DNA of 64,000 bases from Octopus vulgaris. Lineage: Eukaryota. The notes beneath the pieces were generated by a model, which made no database searches, was not told where the DNA came from, and saw nothing but the letters and a program-made list of their open reading frames with translations. A program made the position numbers and the translations under genes. Of this stretch, positions 40,729-54,372 are shown in pieces. The stretch spans positions 82,336,001-82,400,000 of the forward strand of contig OX597824.1 of assembly GCA_951406725.2 (NCBI GenBank). The letters are read 5' to 3'. Each line of letters begins with the position of its first letter. Within the stretch, counting starts at the first letter, position 1.

Positions 40729-40942
40729 TTGTGTGTCTGTGTTTGTCCCACTAGCATTGCATGACAACCGATGCTGGTGTGTTTACGTCCCCGTAACTTA
40801 GCGGTTCGGCAAAAGAGACCGATAGAATAAGTACTGGGCTTACAAAGAATAAGTCCTGGGGTCGATTTAGTCGACTAAAGGCGGTGCTCCAGCATGGCCG
40901 CAGTCAAATGACTGAAACAAGTAAAAGAGTAAAAGAGAGTAA
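40523..40942 (+). mobile_element. Full-length SINE family C
   Basis: Head, internal microsatellite and AAAAGAGT tail. Confidence 0.9.
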
Positions 40943-40954
40943 AGTGCCTGGAAA

Positions 40955-41260
40955 GGAGGCACAATGGCCCAGTGGTTAGGGCAGCGGATTCGCGGTCGGA
41001 GGATCGCGGTTTCGATTCTCAGACAGGATGTTGTGTGTGTTTATTGAGCGAAAACACCTAAAAGCTCCACGAGGCTCCGGCAGGGGGGTGGTAGCGACCC
41101 CTGTTATACTCTTTCGCCACAATTTTATCTCTTTCTCTTTCTTCCTGTTTCTTGAGTAACACTGCGATGGACTGGCGTCCCTTCCAGCTAGGAGGAACAC
41201 ATACGCCACAGAAACCAGGAAACCGGACCCATGAGCCTGGCTAGGCTTGAAAAGGGCGAG
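40955..41260 (+). mobile_element. SINE with family-A head and tail Z
   Basis: Family-A head; the 3' part ..cccatgagcctggctaggcttgaaaagggcg differs from tail X. Confidence 0.8.
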
Positions 41261-41859
41261 GTTTATCGTTTATCGTTAGCCTGGAAATGTATCCGAAATA
41301 TGATTTCTTGTCCAATTTATCGGTGATACTTTTCAACTGAAATTATAATGAATACATCTTGCGTTCTCGTAATCAAAGTTCATTAATTTTACCTGTTTAA
41401 CAATTTCATGATGACTTTAGAACTTAATTAATCAATTTCATGGTAAATTTAGATTGCAATACAAAACATCACGTTGTGAGAGCTTATCTACAGTTAATAA
41501 ACACTCAAATGTTGCGACAGCAAGTCTAAGAATTTTATGCCAGTTTACTTGGGTCAATCACCTTCATTTATGATCGTATTAATCTATGCTCTGTTGTAAT
41601 GATCCCATATAAAGCTGCGTTGTTAGGGACATAGCTAGCGAGCTTACCGACAAATCATAAGACAATTACATAGACTTGATGTCAGTGTCAACAACCTCTT
41701 CAGACGGTGAACTCGGTATTTAGTAAATGCAAGTAATTTAACTTTTTTTTTTTAATTAGACAAGGTGTGGTAATGTCACATACTCTTGGAAATAGTCACA
41801 ATGATTGACGTTGATACTGTTGATGTCAAATACCATTTAAATGTGAAAAATAATAAATA

Positions 41860-42108
41860 AATGCGCCCTTTTAAAGCCTGGACTGGCTCATGGGCCCGAT
41901 TTTCCGGTTTCTATGGCGTATGTGTTCCGCAGCTGGACGGGACAACAGTCCATCGCAGCGTTACTCATTTTTGCCAGCTGAGTGGACTGGAGCAACGTGA
42001 AATGAAGTGTTTTGCTCAAGAACACAAAGCATCGCCCGGTCCAGGAATCGAAACCACAATCTTACGATCATGATGCTGACACACTAACCACTAAACCACG
42101 CGCCTCCC
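41860..42108 (-). mobile_element. SINE with family-B head and tail Z
   Basis: CORE-like B body; the tail is homologous to 41150-41260. Confidence 0.8.
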
Positions 42109-42413
42109 CACCATTTCAATATACCGCATCAAATTGTCACTGCGACGTAGACACACATGTATACATAGGCATACACACACACACATACACACACGTGTAT
42201 GTGTGTGCATGTGTGTGTTAGAGATGGCCGAGAAGCTATATCTAAGGCCCAGAGGTTAAGAGTTTCGTTCTAGCGCTCCGGGGCGAAACTGAGCCATTGT
42301 TTCCCAAAGTTTTTGGTACCACATTCCACTTCGATTTTCAAAAGTAAAACATCCGTACCAACATATAGTCCAGTTAGTATATAACCGTAAGTTAGTAAAT
42401 TGCATAGCATGAC

Positions 42414-42506
<93 letters not shown>

Positions 42507-42587
42507 TACATAGATACATAGATAGATACATAGATAGACAGACAGACAGATAGATAGACAGACAGACAGACAGACAGGCAGGCAGAC

Positions 42588-42735
<148 letters not shown>

Positions 42736-44404
42736 TGATTGATATGCATAAGCATATATATACATATATACATTCGTGCATGCAAGCATGGTAGAAATCA
42801 ACCCTTGACCGAGTAGGACCAATTCCTGAACACAAGAAGTCCGTGGAAACGTTCCAGGAATTCAAAAAGTTCCTGTACCTGAATTTCTTTTGTGTCGATA
42901 AAGTGTTACACAGCATTGAACCCACTTTTCCCCTAAACCAGCTCAAAAACCAGTGGCACAACAAAGATTGAGACGACCAGAAGCCTACTGCACTTAAGGT
43001 TTTTTTATGCGAGTTTCTCTTCTCCTAGAAGGGACTTGAAACGAAAAGTAGGTCCTTCGCTCTCATTAGTTCATATGCTAGTTACCCACTGCTGGAACCC
43101 TAAGAAGTGCTATTAGTCTGGGTTAAAGAAGACATGAGAACATTAGGGGCTAAAAGGTAGTCCCACAATCCTCAAAACCTTAGATCCCTGCGTATGAGGT
43201 ATCTCTACTTGGTATAGCTTAAAGTTATACCCAGGACATACATACATGAGTACATATATGCATTACTGAGATTCTTACGTGAACAGATTAACCCAGTTGG
43301 GTTTATGCATCGACAGTTCAACCAATACACCAACTCAACCACATAATTACAAACACCGGCAAGTCTCTTGACTTAAAAAGACTTGTCGTTTTGTTAACAA
43401 CCGGTTTCAACTCTCTGAAGAAGGACTTCAATTAAACTCAAAGAAGAATTTAAATGATTAAAACAGAATAACATACGTACATACATGCATACATATATAC
43501 ATACATACATATATACATACATACATGCGTGAATACATACGTACATATATACATACATGTATGCATGCATGAATGCATACATACATGTATGCAAGCATGC
43601 ATGCATTCATACAAACATACACACATACATACACACTTACATACATACATGCATGCGTACATACATACATACATGCATGGCATACAAGTATGCAAGCATG
43701 CATGCATTCATATATAGATACATACATACATGCATGCATACATAGATACATACATACATACATACATATATACATACATACATACACACATACATACATA
43801 CATACATACATACATACATACATACATACATACATACATACATACATACATACATACGTACATACATATATGCATTTAAAAATTTGCAAGGCTTCCAGAC
43901 TTTTACAATTCGCATTACAAATTCGCATGTCTAGACAGGCAATTATATGCATGAGAACAGCTACAAGTATTGCATGTATACACACGTACATGTGCACAAA
44001 TGCCTTCTTGATTTTGTTCAAATTCTAACGAAGGAGCTTTGGATCTAGTTTAGAAACCGGCTCTTTCTCTATAGGCAAGAAATCTTGAAATAAAACCAAA
44101 TAACATACATATATAAGCGTTTGCATTTGTGTTTGTGTGTGTGTGAGAACTTGCTTGGCTATGTCGATGTATCAATTTAACATGACACATTCAGAGAGTT
44201 ATTGACATGAACCGAACTTATAGCAACTATTTACCAAAATATTCAAAGATCATTCACTCTGCCATTCACCTTGCAAATAAGTTTTGGTATTTGAATTAAG
44301 AACGGAAGGATTAACGTAATATTGAAGTCGCTGTCTAAAGAGGTTATTGACACAGATTTTATAATCCTTTCTACCATAGTCACAAGGTCTGAAATTTTGG
44401 GGGA

Positions 44405-45031
44405 TTAAATCGACCCCACTATGAAAATGTTACTCAATTTATCGAACTTGAAAGGATGAAAGGCAAAGTCGACCTCGGCGGAATTTGAACTCAGAACGTA
44501 GCGGCAGACGAAATACCTATTTCTTTCCTACCCACAAGGGGCTAAACACTGAGAGGGCAAACAAGGACAGACAAACGGATTAAGTCAATTATATCGACCC
44601 CAGTGCGTAACTGGTACTTATTTAATCGACCCCGAAAGGATGAAAGGCAAAGTCAACCTCGGCGGAATTTGAACTCAGAACGTAGCGGCAGAACGAAATA
44701 CCTATTTCTTTATTGCCCACAAGGGGCTAAACACAGAGAGGACAAACAAGGACAGACAAACGGATTAAGTCAATTATATCGACCCCAGTGCGTAACTGGT
44801 ACTTATTTAATCGACCCCGAAAGGATGAAAGGCAAAGTCGACCTCGGCGGAATTTGAACTCAGAACGTAGCGGCAGACGAAATACCTATTTCTTTATTGC
44901 CCATAAGGGGCTAAACATAGAGGGGACAAACAAGGACAGACAAACGGATTAAGTGGATTATATCGACCCCAGTGCGTAACTGGTACTTATTTAATCGACC
45001 CTGAAAGGATGAAAGGCAAAGTCGACCTCGG
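44405..45031 (-). mobile_element. SINE family D concatemer of about 3.4 x 184 bp
   Basis: aggcaaagtc at 44461, 44645, 44830 and 45014. Confidence 0.9.
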
Positions 45032-45140
45032 AGTCATGGAGCTAAACAACAACTGTCTTTTCGGAAGGATGAAGAGTACAGTCGACTAGAACGACATTTG
45101 AACTCAGTTTGTCAAGGCCTCTAAACATATAAAATGGTAC

Positions 45141-45606
45141 CCCGTCGGTTACGACGACGAGGGTTCCAGCTGATCCGATCAACGAAACAGCCTGCTTGAG
45201 TAATTAACGTGCAAGTGGCTGAGCACTCCACAGACACGTTTACTCTTAACGTAGATCTCAGGGAGATTCGGCGTGGCTCAGAACTTGACAAGGCTGACGC
45301 TTTTAATTGCAGGTACTGCTCATTTTTGTCAGCTGAGTGGACTGGAGCAACGTGAAATAAAGTGTCTTGCCGAAGGACACAGCGCACCGCCGGGAATCGA
45401 ACTCACGACTTTACGATCAAAAACCGAATACCCAAGCCGTAGGAGTGGCTATGTGGTAAGTAGCTTGCTTACCAACCACATGGATCCGGGTTCAGTCCCA
45501 CTGCGTGGCACCTTAGGCATGTGTCTTCTACTATAGCCTCGGGCCGACCAAAGCCTTGTGAGTGGATTTGGTAGACGGAAACTGAAAGAAGCCCGTCGTA
45601 TATATG

Positions 45607-45644
<38 letters not shown>

Positions 45645-45891
45645 CGTGTGTGTGTGTTTGTGTGTCTGTGTTTGTCCCCCCAACATCACTTGACAACTGA
45701 TGCTGGCGTGTTTACGTCGCCGTAACTTAGCGGTTCGGAAAAAAGAGACCGATAGAATAAGTACTAGGCTTACAAAGAATAAGTCCTGGGGTCGATTTGC
45801 TCGACTAAAAGCGGTGCTCCAGCATGGCCACAGTCAAATGACTGAAACAAGTAAAAGAGTAAAAGAGTAAACCACTAAGCTACGCGCCTCC
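45141..45891. mobile_element. Family-B SINE (-) interrupted in its head by a full family-C SINE (+, 45437-45870)
   Basis: The host resumes as accactaagctacgcgcctc at 45871. Confidence 0.85.
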
Positions 45892-46357
45892 TCTCTAGAC
45901 ATATATCATTCAGGTATTTGGTCCTCAACTCTATCGAATCTATTATCCATCGTTTTCGTTCTTTAAAAAGCAATGAAAAAGGGGAAAACCTCAAGAAAAG
46001 CTCGTTATATTTCTATGCGTTATTTTTTTAAACCGATCCGTTTACGTTTTTATGTGTTAAATTATTAAAGCATCCGTGATGTTTATTGTTAATTATAGTA
46101 TTTTCCCTCCTTAATTAATTTTCATTATGTTTATTTGCTAAAATCTTTTTCTTAACTCATAAATATCAATATCCTTAATTTAATTAAAATTTGTTAAAAT
46201 AATGACAGCAACCGATACGGTTTTTTTTTTCTTTTTTCTTTTTTTTCGTAACGAAATCTTGGCAAGTAATTCATAAAGAAATTTTATTTTCATTGTCGTT
46301 TGACTCAGTCAAGCACGAGACATTCATTTATCGTAGCTGTTTAACCCAACGCTAACC

Positions 46358-47220
46358 TAGCTCCAGCAAATCTATGACTGCCACAAGGTGATCCAGCCGT
46401 GACTATCCCTTCTTTTTGTACAACAAAGGCGCAGGAGTGGCTGTGAGGTAAGTAGCTTGCTCACAAACCACATGGTTCCAGGGTTAGTCCAACTGCGTGG
46501 CACCTTGGGCAAGTGTCTTCTGTTATAGCCTTGGGCCGACCAAAGCCTAGTGAGTGGATTTGGTAGCTCCAGCAAATCTATGACTGCCACAAGGTGATCC
46601 AGCCGTGACTATCCCTTCTTTTTGTACAACAAAGGCGCAGGAGTGGCTGTGAAGTAAGTAGCTTGCTCACCAACCACATGGTTCGAGGGTTAGTCTCATT
46701 GCGTGGCACCATGGGAAAGTATCTTCTGCTATAGCCTTGGGCCGACCAAAGACTAGTGAGTGGATTTGGTAGCTCCAGCAAATCTATGACTGCCACAAGG
46801 TGATCCAGCCGTGACTATCCCTTCTTTTTGTACAACAAAGGCGCAGGAGTGGCTGTGAAGTAAGTAGCTTGCTCACCAACCACATGGTTCGAGGGTTAGT
46901 CCCACTGCGTGGCACCATGGGAAAGTGTCTTCTGCTATAGCCTTGGGCCGACCAAAGACTAGTGAGTGGATTTGGTAGCTCCAGCAAATCTACGACTGCC
47001 ACAAGGTGATCCAGCCGTGACTATCCCTTCTTTTTGTACAACTAAGGCGCAGGAGTGGCTGTGAAGTAAGTAGCTTGCTCACCAACCACATGGTTCGAAG
47101 GTTAGTCCCACTGCGTGGCACCATGGGTAAGTGTCTTCTGCTATAGCCTTGGGCCGACCAAAGCCTTGTGAGGGGATTTGGCAGACGGAAACTGAAAGAC
47201 ATCCGTCGTATATATATACA
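46358..47220 (+). repeat. 206-bp tandem repeat x4 (flank plus family-C SINE 5' half)
   Basis: Units start tagctccagcaaatct at 46358, 46564, 46770 and 46976, matching the four near-identical ORFs in the track. Confidence 0.95.
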
Positions 47221-47614
47221 TGCCCTAACCACTAACCCACGATCGTAAGGTCGTGAGTTCAATTCCCGGCGACGCGTTGTGTCCTTGAGCAAGACACTTT
47301 ATTTTCACATTGCTCCAGTGGAGTCAGCTGGCAACAATGAGAAGTACTTGTATTTCAAAGGGCCAGACTTGTCACACTCTGTCTCACGCTGAATTTCCCT
47401 GAGAACTACGTTAAGGGTACACGTGTCTGTGGAGTGCCTAGCCACATGCACGTTAATTTCACGAGCAAGCAAACACCTCGTGGGCACTGCTATATCTCCT
47501 CTTGAAGTGTTATGAAACAGACGAAGATAAGGCCTTTTGTAGGGCCTCCCAGACGGATGGGATCGAGAGTGGGTGTTATTCTTCGATCGGAGACCAGATC
47601 TAAATGTTTATCGT

Positions 47615-47993
47615 GGCACTCCGTCGGTTACGACGATGAGGGATCCAGCTGACCCGATCAACGAAACAGCCTGCTCGTGAAATGAATGTGTATGTGGCTG
47701 AGCCCTCCACAGACGCTTGTACCCTTGATGTAGTTCCTGGGGAGATTCAACATGACACAGAATGTGACAAGGATGGCCCTTTGAAATACAGGTACGACAG
47801 AAACAGGAAGAAAGGGTGAGAGAATGTTGTGATGAAAGAGTATAGCAGGATTTACCATCACCCCTGGTGGGGCCTCGTGGAGCTTTAGGCGTTTTCGCTC
47901 AATAAACACTCACAACGCCCGGTTTGGGAATCGAAACCACGATCCTACGACCGCGAGTCCGCTACCCTAACCACTGGGTCATTGCACCTCCAC
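47615..47993 (-). mobile_element. SINE family A, more diverged copy
   Basis: Homologous to 52151-52539. Confidence 0.85.
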
Positions 47994-48559
47994 TGAGTTT
48001 ATAACATAGTGAATTAAATTTGTCAGTTAATTATGTTTTAATGGGAAACAGGATGTCGAGATACGGAATAATACTAACAATAGGTCGAGCGGTTCCACAG
48101 TTTCCATGGACCCAAACTTTTTTCATATTAGCCACTTGACAGTTGACAAGTCCCTTAACCTGCTGGAGGTCCTTGGACCGCTATAGCCATGCAGTGTATC
48201 TTGTGAGAGAAAGTTTGGCGGAGCCTGTCTCTCTCCGGGCTAATCTCATTTCTACAGCTGAGTGGACTCGAGCAACGTGAAGTGATGTGTTTTGCTCAAG
48301 AACACAACGGATCGCCCGGTCCAGAGATCGAAACCACAATCTTAGAGTCGTGAATCGAACACCCTAACCTCTAACCGATGCGCCTCCACTAGTGGTACTC
48401 ATTTCTGCAGCTGAGTGGACTGGAACAACGTGGAGTGAAATGCTTTGCTGAAGAACACAACGCATCGCCCGGTCCAGGAACCGAAACCACAATCTTACGA
48501 TCGTAAGTCCAACACCCTAACCATTTAGCCACGCGCCTCTACTTAGGCACTGCACTCAC

Positions 48560-48882
48560 CTAAGAGTCCTCACAAGCACTCCAACTGCGGGGCCTCACTA
48601 TTGCAGAGGATCTCATCTGGTGAAAGCACAAACTAAAGCTGGGACCGCATCCCAAAGATTAGCCCGCCATTTTAAGGCTAGAAGATATTCCTGCCACTAA
48701 CAGATGCTGGTGTTCTACATGGGTTCAAGTGGAGCCCTCAATGGAATACGGATCTCATATCTGAGGGGTCGCTGTTTCTACATATTTTGACATCCTGATT
48801 CGGTTCCGGAGAAGGGCCGCTCGGCTGCCTGGCGTTCCACCAATAACGGACACATTCCAACCTCTAAACAACAGACGATCTA

Positions 48883-48895
<13 letters not shown>
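48560..48895 (+). pseudogene. CR1 (Zenon-like) LINE RT C-terminal remnant
   Basis: GLTIAEDLIW..ASQRLA..KARRY..QVEPSMEYGSHI*G...DILIRFRRRAARL..ITDTFQPLNNRRSIASLSL; it ends in a (CT)n expansion seeded at the SLSL codons. Confidence 0.75.
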
Positions 48896-48966
<71 letters not shown>

Positions 48967-49450
48967 AGTGCAAATATATATCGTTTTGCATGAATGGAAG
49001 AGAACATTCATATATCCATAATATTATTACATAATATCTCTGTAATAGATCACCCACGTAACTGCAGTTATATTAACTTATATCAATTCTATTAGAGATC
49101 ACATACATATCTATCAGAATATTAACTAATATCCTCTCTGCTAAAGATCACACATATATGTATAGAAATATTAGATAATATCCAGTCCATAAGGGAGCAC
49201 ATACATATAATAGATATATATATAGAGAGAGAGAGAGGGGGGTGAGAGAGTGATGGGGGTAGTTTGGGATGGCAAAGGAATAAGCAAATTGTGTTATGAA
49301 CATAATTGTTTATTTCTGTATACTCATTACCGATTCGTACTCAATTGACGCTTCGAACTGAAACGCTTGTAAATTGAGTTCTAACGCCAGGTTATTAGCA
49401 TAGCATAGCATAGCAATGCCGAAGCCGAAGCGAAATATTAAGTTATATTA

Positions 49451-49900
<450 letters not shown>

Positions 49901-50564
49901 GTATGTGTGTATGTATGTATACATATGTGCGTGTGTGTGTGTATGTGTGTGGACAAACACATAAAAACTTGCACTTAGAGACTAGTATCTCCTTTGTTAG
50001 AGTTGTTACGTATTCCTATAAAATATTAGCTAATATCCGCTTTTCCTCTTTGACAGTCACCACATACAGTCGTTCATCCATACATGCATCTATCCGTCCG
50101 TCCGTCCATCCATACACACATACCATACATACATGCGTGTTTACAGACATACATGCATGCATGCATGCATTCAGATTTATTAGCTCATACGCTCTCTATG
50201 GAAGATCATACACGTAACTATTAGCTAATATTCGCTTTGTTAAAGATCACACGATACGTATGTACTGAACTGCCGCTTACTATCCTCTCTGTAAGGGACC
50301 ATGCACGTATTCACAGACATAATCAGAAGCTACCATTCTTGCAGATCTTACCTATGTGATCATGGGGATCTGGGTAAGAAGCTTGTTTTCCAACGATGCG
50401 GTTTCGGGTTCAGTCCCGAAGCGAGGCACCTACAGGGACGTAAACACATTAACACCGATTGTGAAGCGGTGTTGGGGGACAAACACAGATACAAACGCGC
50501 ACACACGCACAAGCAAACATGCAAACACACACACACACACACACACGCACACACATACACACAG

Positions 50565-50729
50565 AAGTGGGTGTGTAGTAAGAAGCTTGCTTCCCAACCA
50601 CATGGTTCTGGGTTCAGTCCCACTGTGTGGCACCTTAGGCAAGTGTCTTCTATGATAGCATCGGTCCAACTAAAAGCCTTGTGAGTGGATTTGGTAGACG
50701 GAAACTGAAAGCAGCCTGTCGTATATATA

Positions 50730-50767
<38 letters not shown>

Positions 50768-50781
50768 GACAGGGTGCTTTC

Positions 50782-50817
<36 letters not shown>

Positions 50818-51067
50818 TTGTGTGTGTGTATATATATATATATGTATATATATATGTATGTATGTATATGTATGTATTTATGTCTGTGTTTTCCCACCCC
50901 ATCATCATTTGACAACCGATGTTGGTGTGTTTACGTCCCCGTAACTTAGCGGTTCGGAAAAAGAACCGATAGAATAAGTACTAGGCTTACAAAGAATAAG
51001 TCCTGGGGTCGATTTGTTCGACTACAGCATGGCCGCAGTCAAATGACTGAAACAAGTAAAAGAATGA

Positions 51068-51117
<50 letters not shown>

Positions 51118-51275
51118 CGGGCTTCTTTCAGTTTCCGTCTACCAAATCCACTCACAAGGCTTTGGTCGGTCCGAGGCTATAGTAGCAGATTCTTTTCCAA
51201 TGTGCCACAGAGTGGGACTAGAACCAAAAAAGACCATGCAGTTATGAACCAAACTTCTTACCATACAGCCACGCC
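50565..51275. mobile_element. Family-C SINE (+, 50565-51065) followed by an inverted family-C 5' half (-, 51115-51275)
   Basis: Family-C homology in both orientations. Confidence 0.8.
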
Positions 51276-52122
51276 TGCTGGCAGTGCAGAAATACATCAC
51301 GGAAGAGACCACACACTTATCTAGAAAATTATTAAGTAATATCATCCGGATTAGCGATTATGCAACATATCTAGAGAAATATTAACTGTTATCCTGTTAT
51401 TAAAAGATCATAATTCATATCTACAAAAATACTTTGATGCTAGAATCGTCGCTGTTACGGATCATGCATACATATATCTATAGAAATCTTTACTAATATC
51501 TTGTCAAAAAGGGATCATGCATATATAGCTTTCATCTTTTATCTTTATCTTTTATTTATATCAGTCGTTGAACTGCGACCATGCGGGGGCACCGCCTTGA
51601 AGGGTCTTAGTCAAACAAGTCGAATTTAATATGGAGGTATTTTTTTTTTTTTTTTTTTTTTTTGCTTTTTTTTGTTTTTGTTTTTTTCAGGTCTAGTACT
51701 TATTCTGTTGATTTCTCTTTCGCCGAAGCGTTGAGTCGCGAGAACGTAAACAAACCAACACTGGCTGTCAAGTGGTGAAGAGAACGACAAACCCTGACAC
51801 AAACACGTATACAAGCACATAGACATACATGACACATGAAAAACGAACCTCCACCAGCTTCTCTGCCTTTACTGGGTTGCACTAAAATAAGTTTACGATT
51901 ATCGCGTAGGCATTTAAATGTCTTTTAAAGCATTTTATTACATTTAAATTTCTATCTTACAAACTGAAAAGGGAGGTTGACAAAATAAATTAGCATAGAA
52001 TAATGGTTTCATATTTTTTTATAACCAAGATCTAAACTGTTAATATATGAATGCGAAAGGGATAGTTGAATAACTGTGAACGTACTTTTGGGTTGCCCTG
52101 TATATCTGTGCACATATTTCAA

Positions 52123-52759
52123 TACCGCGTATGCCATAAGGTCTGCCAATGGATGGAAGCACTCCGTCGGTTACGACGACGAGGGTTCCGGTTGATCCGA
52201 ATCAACGGAACAGCCTGCTCGTGAAATTAACGTGTAAGTGGCTGAGCACTCCACAGACACGTGTACCCTTAACGTAGTTCTCGGGGATATTCAGCGTGAC
52301 ACAGAGAGTGACAAGGCCGGCCCTTTGAAATACAGGTACAACAGAAACAGGAACTAAGAGTGAGAGAAAGTTGTGGTGAAAGAGTACAGCAGGGATCACC
52401 ACCATCCCCTGCCGGAGCCTCATGGAGCTTTTGGTGTTTTCGCTCAATAAACACTCACAACGCCCGGTCTGGGAATCGAAATCGCGATCCTACGACCGCG
52501 AGTCCGCTGCCCTAACCACTGGGCCATTGCACCTCCACAATAAGGTCTGCCAATATAACGAAGGACGCAAAAGACATTTTAAGATCCACAAAAATCAGAA
52601 CTTATCTGCTGCTCCTAATGGTCCAAACCGAATATGCAATCTATGTGGGTGTATTTTCAATACATTGTCTGGCTTAAAAAGCCATATTAGACGCCATGAT
52701 GTATCTAAGGTGTAAGTACAACTGGTGGTCAGACTTTGCATAAGGAGTAGACAACCACC
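52123..52759 (+). pseudogene. RTE-type LINE 3' end with two C2H2 zinc fingers, interrupted by a SINE
   Basis: Removing the SINE and one TSD gives YRVCHKVCQYNEGRKRHFKIH..ICNLCGCIFNTLSGLKSHIRRH*, followed by the tail ggtggtc..gacaaccacca. Confidence 0.7.
52151..52539 (-). mobile_element. Young SINE family A with a perfect 15-bp TSD
   Basis: TSD ataaggtctgccaat at 52136-52150 and 52540-52554. Confidence 0.95.
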
Positions 52760-52799
<40 letters not shown>

Positions 52800-52803
52800 G
52801 TGT

Positions 52804-53185
52804 GTGGAGGCGCAATGGCCCAGTGGTTAGGGCAGCGGACTCGCGGTCGTAGGATCGCGGTTTCGATTCCCAGACCGGGCGTTGTGAGTGTTTATTGAGC
52901 GAAAACACCAAAAGCTCCACGAGGCTCCGGTAGGGGATGGTGGTGATCCCTGCTGTACTCTTTCACCACAACTTTCTCTCACTCTTACTTCCTGTTTCTG
53001 TTGTGCCTGTATTTCAAAGGGCCGGCCTTGTCACTCTCTGTGTCACGCTGAATATCCCCGAGAACAACGTTAAAGGTGCACGTGTCTGTGGAGTGCTCAG
53101 CCACTTACACGTTAATTTCACGAGCAGGCTGTTCCGTTGATTCGGATCAACCGGAACCCTCGTCGTCGTAACCGACGGAGTGCTT
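52804..53185 (+). mobile_element. Young SINE family A, inverted relative to the 52151 copy
   Basis: Near-identical reverse complement of 52151-52539. Confidence 0.95.
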
Positions 53186-53191
53186 CTATCC

Positions 53192-53251
<60 letters not shown>

Positions 53252-53444
53252 ATGCATACGACCGGCTTCACAGAGTTTCCATCTATCAAATTCACTCACT
53301 AAGCATTCGTCGTCTTGGGCTATAATAGAAGTCAAGGTGCCGCGTAAAGGATCTGAACCGGAAACCACGCGATTGGTTTCATAGCCACACACACGCAAGT
53401 ATCCTTTCAGACTTTATACATAACAAGAAAAATATAAGCTATAA

Positions 53445-54372
53445 TCCTTTCTATCGAACTTTTGGGGACGGGGGCCAGTAGATTAGATTGACTCCAATAC
53501 GCAACTGGTACTTAATTTATCGACCTCGAAAGGATAAAAGGCAAAGTCGACCTCGGCGGAATTTGAAATCAGAATGTAAAGGCAGACGAAATACTGCTAA
53601 GCATTTCGCCCGGCGTGCTAACGTTTCTTATTTCTTTATTACCCACAAGGAGCTAAACATAGACGGGGCAAACAAAGACAGACAAACGGATTAAATCGAT
53701 TACATCGGCCCCAGTGCGTAACAGGTACTTAATTTATCGACTCCGAAAAGATGAAAGGCAAAGTCGACCTCAGCGGAATTTGAACTCAGAACGTAGCGGC
53801 AGACGAAATACCACTAAGCATTTCGTCCGGCGAGCTAATGTTTCTGCCAGCTCGCCGCCGTTGTATAAGGATGAATATTCTTTTCTACTTTAGGTACTAG
53901 GTCCGAAATTTGGGGGGAGAGAGAGCTAGTGCTAATGTTTCTGCCAGCTCGCCGCCGTTGTATAAGGATGAATATTCTTTTCTACTTTAGGTACTAGGTC
54001 CGAAATTTGGGGGGAGAGAGAGCTAGTCGATTAGTTCGACCTCAGTATGCAACTGGTACTTAATTTATCGAGCTCGAAAGAATGAAAATCAAAGTCGACC
54101 TCTGCGGAATTTGAACTCAACGTAAAGACACACAAAATACATATTTATTTACTACCCACAAGGGGCTAAACACAGAGAGGACAAACAAGGACAGACATAG
54201 GTATTAAGTCGATTACATCGACCCCAGTGCGTAGCTGGTACTTAATTTATCGACCCCGAAAGGATGAAAGGCAAAGTCGACCTCGGCGGAATTGGAACTC
54301 AGAACGTAAAGACAGACAAAATACCGCTACGCATTTCGCCCTGCGTGCTATCGACTCAGCCAGACTACTGCC
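53445..54372 (-). mobile_element. Two family-D dimers separated by an exact 97-bp tandem duplication
   Basis: 53834-53930 is identical to 53931-54027. Confidence 0.85.

Noticed and set aside
52422-52715. Host C2H2 zinc-finger gene
   Set aside because: The N-terminal half is antisense SINE, and the fingers are followed by a stop and an RTE-like tail, so it is a LINE remnant.
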